Shown: positions 63,873 to 64,000 of the stretch, piece after piece
Numbering within the stretch: position 1 is the stretch's first letter
Layout: each line of letters starts with the position of its first letter
From: Phoronis australis
Lineage: Eukaryota; Animalia; Phoronida
Length of the DNA stretch: 64,000 bases
NCBI GenBank assembly: GCA_002633005.1
Contig: NMRA01000208.1
Span: 1-64,000, forward strand
Direction: 5' to 3'
The notes under the pieces: model-generated
Seen by the model: only the letters and a program-made list of their open reading frames with translations
Told to the model about the DNA's origin: nothing
Database searches by the model: none
Program-made: the position numbers and the translations under genes

Positions 63873-64000
63873 CGAAATTCCATCAAATGGTGACTGTTTT
63901 GAAGAACTGAAAGTTTGTTGAAGATTTTGGGGCGACCAGTCGTCAACTGCTGATACTAAGTCAAGAGCGAGCTTTGTTGCGTCGAAAGCATACGAAGCCT
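63873..64000 (-). CDS. Class C GPCR exon (cut by window edge): Venus-flytrap/ANF-receptor domain
   Basis: ASYAFDATKLALDLV...SPFDGIS|gtgtgt joins GKVQF to give the YA(Y/F)DA...F-x-G-I-S-G-x-V-x-F signature. Confidence 0.8.

Overview
AT-rich, intron-containing animal genomic DNA. It looks like a lophotrochozoan-type invertebrate, but that is an inference from gene content and repeat types. All host genes found are on the minus strand. (1) A single HERC2-like exon at 449-762. (2) Two paralogous, apparently intact genes for a secreted protein: signal peptide + FAMeT/Methyltransf_FA-like domain + C-terminal peritrophin-A/CBM14-like chitin-binding domain, with candidate micro-exons. They arose by a direct segmental duplication (copy A about 4460-22950, copy B about 44140-52510). 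(3) A spliced protein-kinase pseudogene at 29409-31300. (4) The 3' nine exons of a class C GPCR at 55153-64000, combining GPR156-like 7TM, ECL2 and coiled-coil features with a Venus-flytrap ectodomain. The rest is decayed transposons (two Gypsy elements, L1/Tx1-like and CR1/L2-like LINEs, a nested Helitron, several MITEs), minisatellites, a 17-bp satellite and an 800-N gap. Exon boundaries were read by hand from GT-AG sites and phase continuity. Family assignments come from remembered motifs, not database searches.
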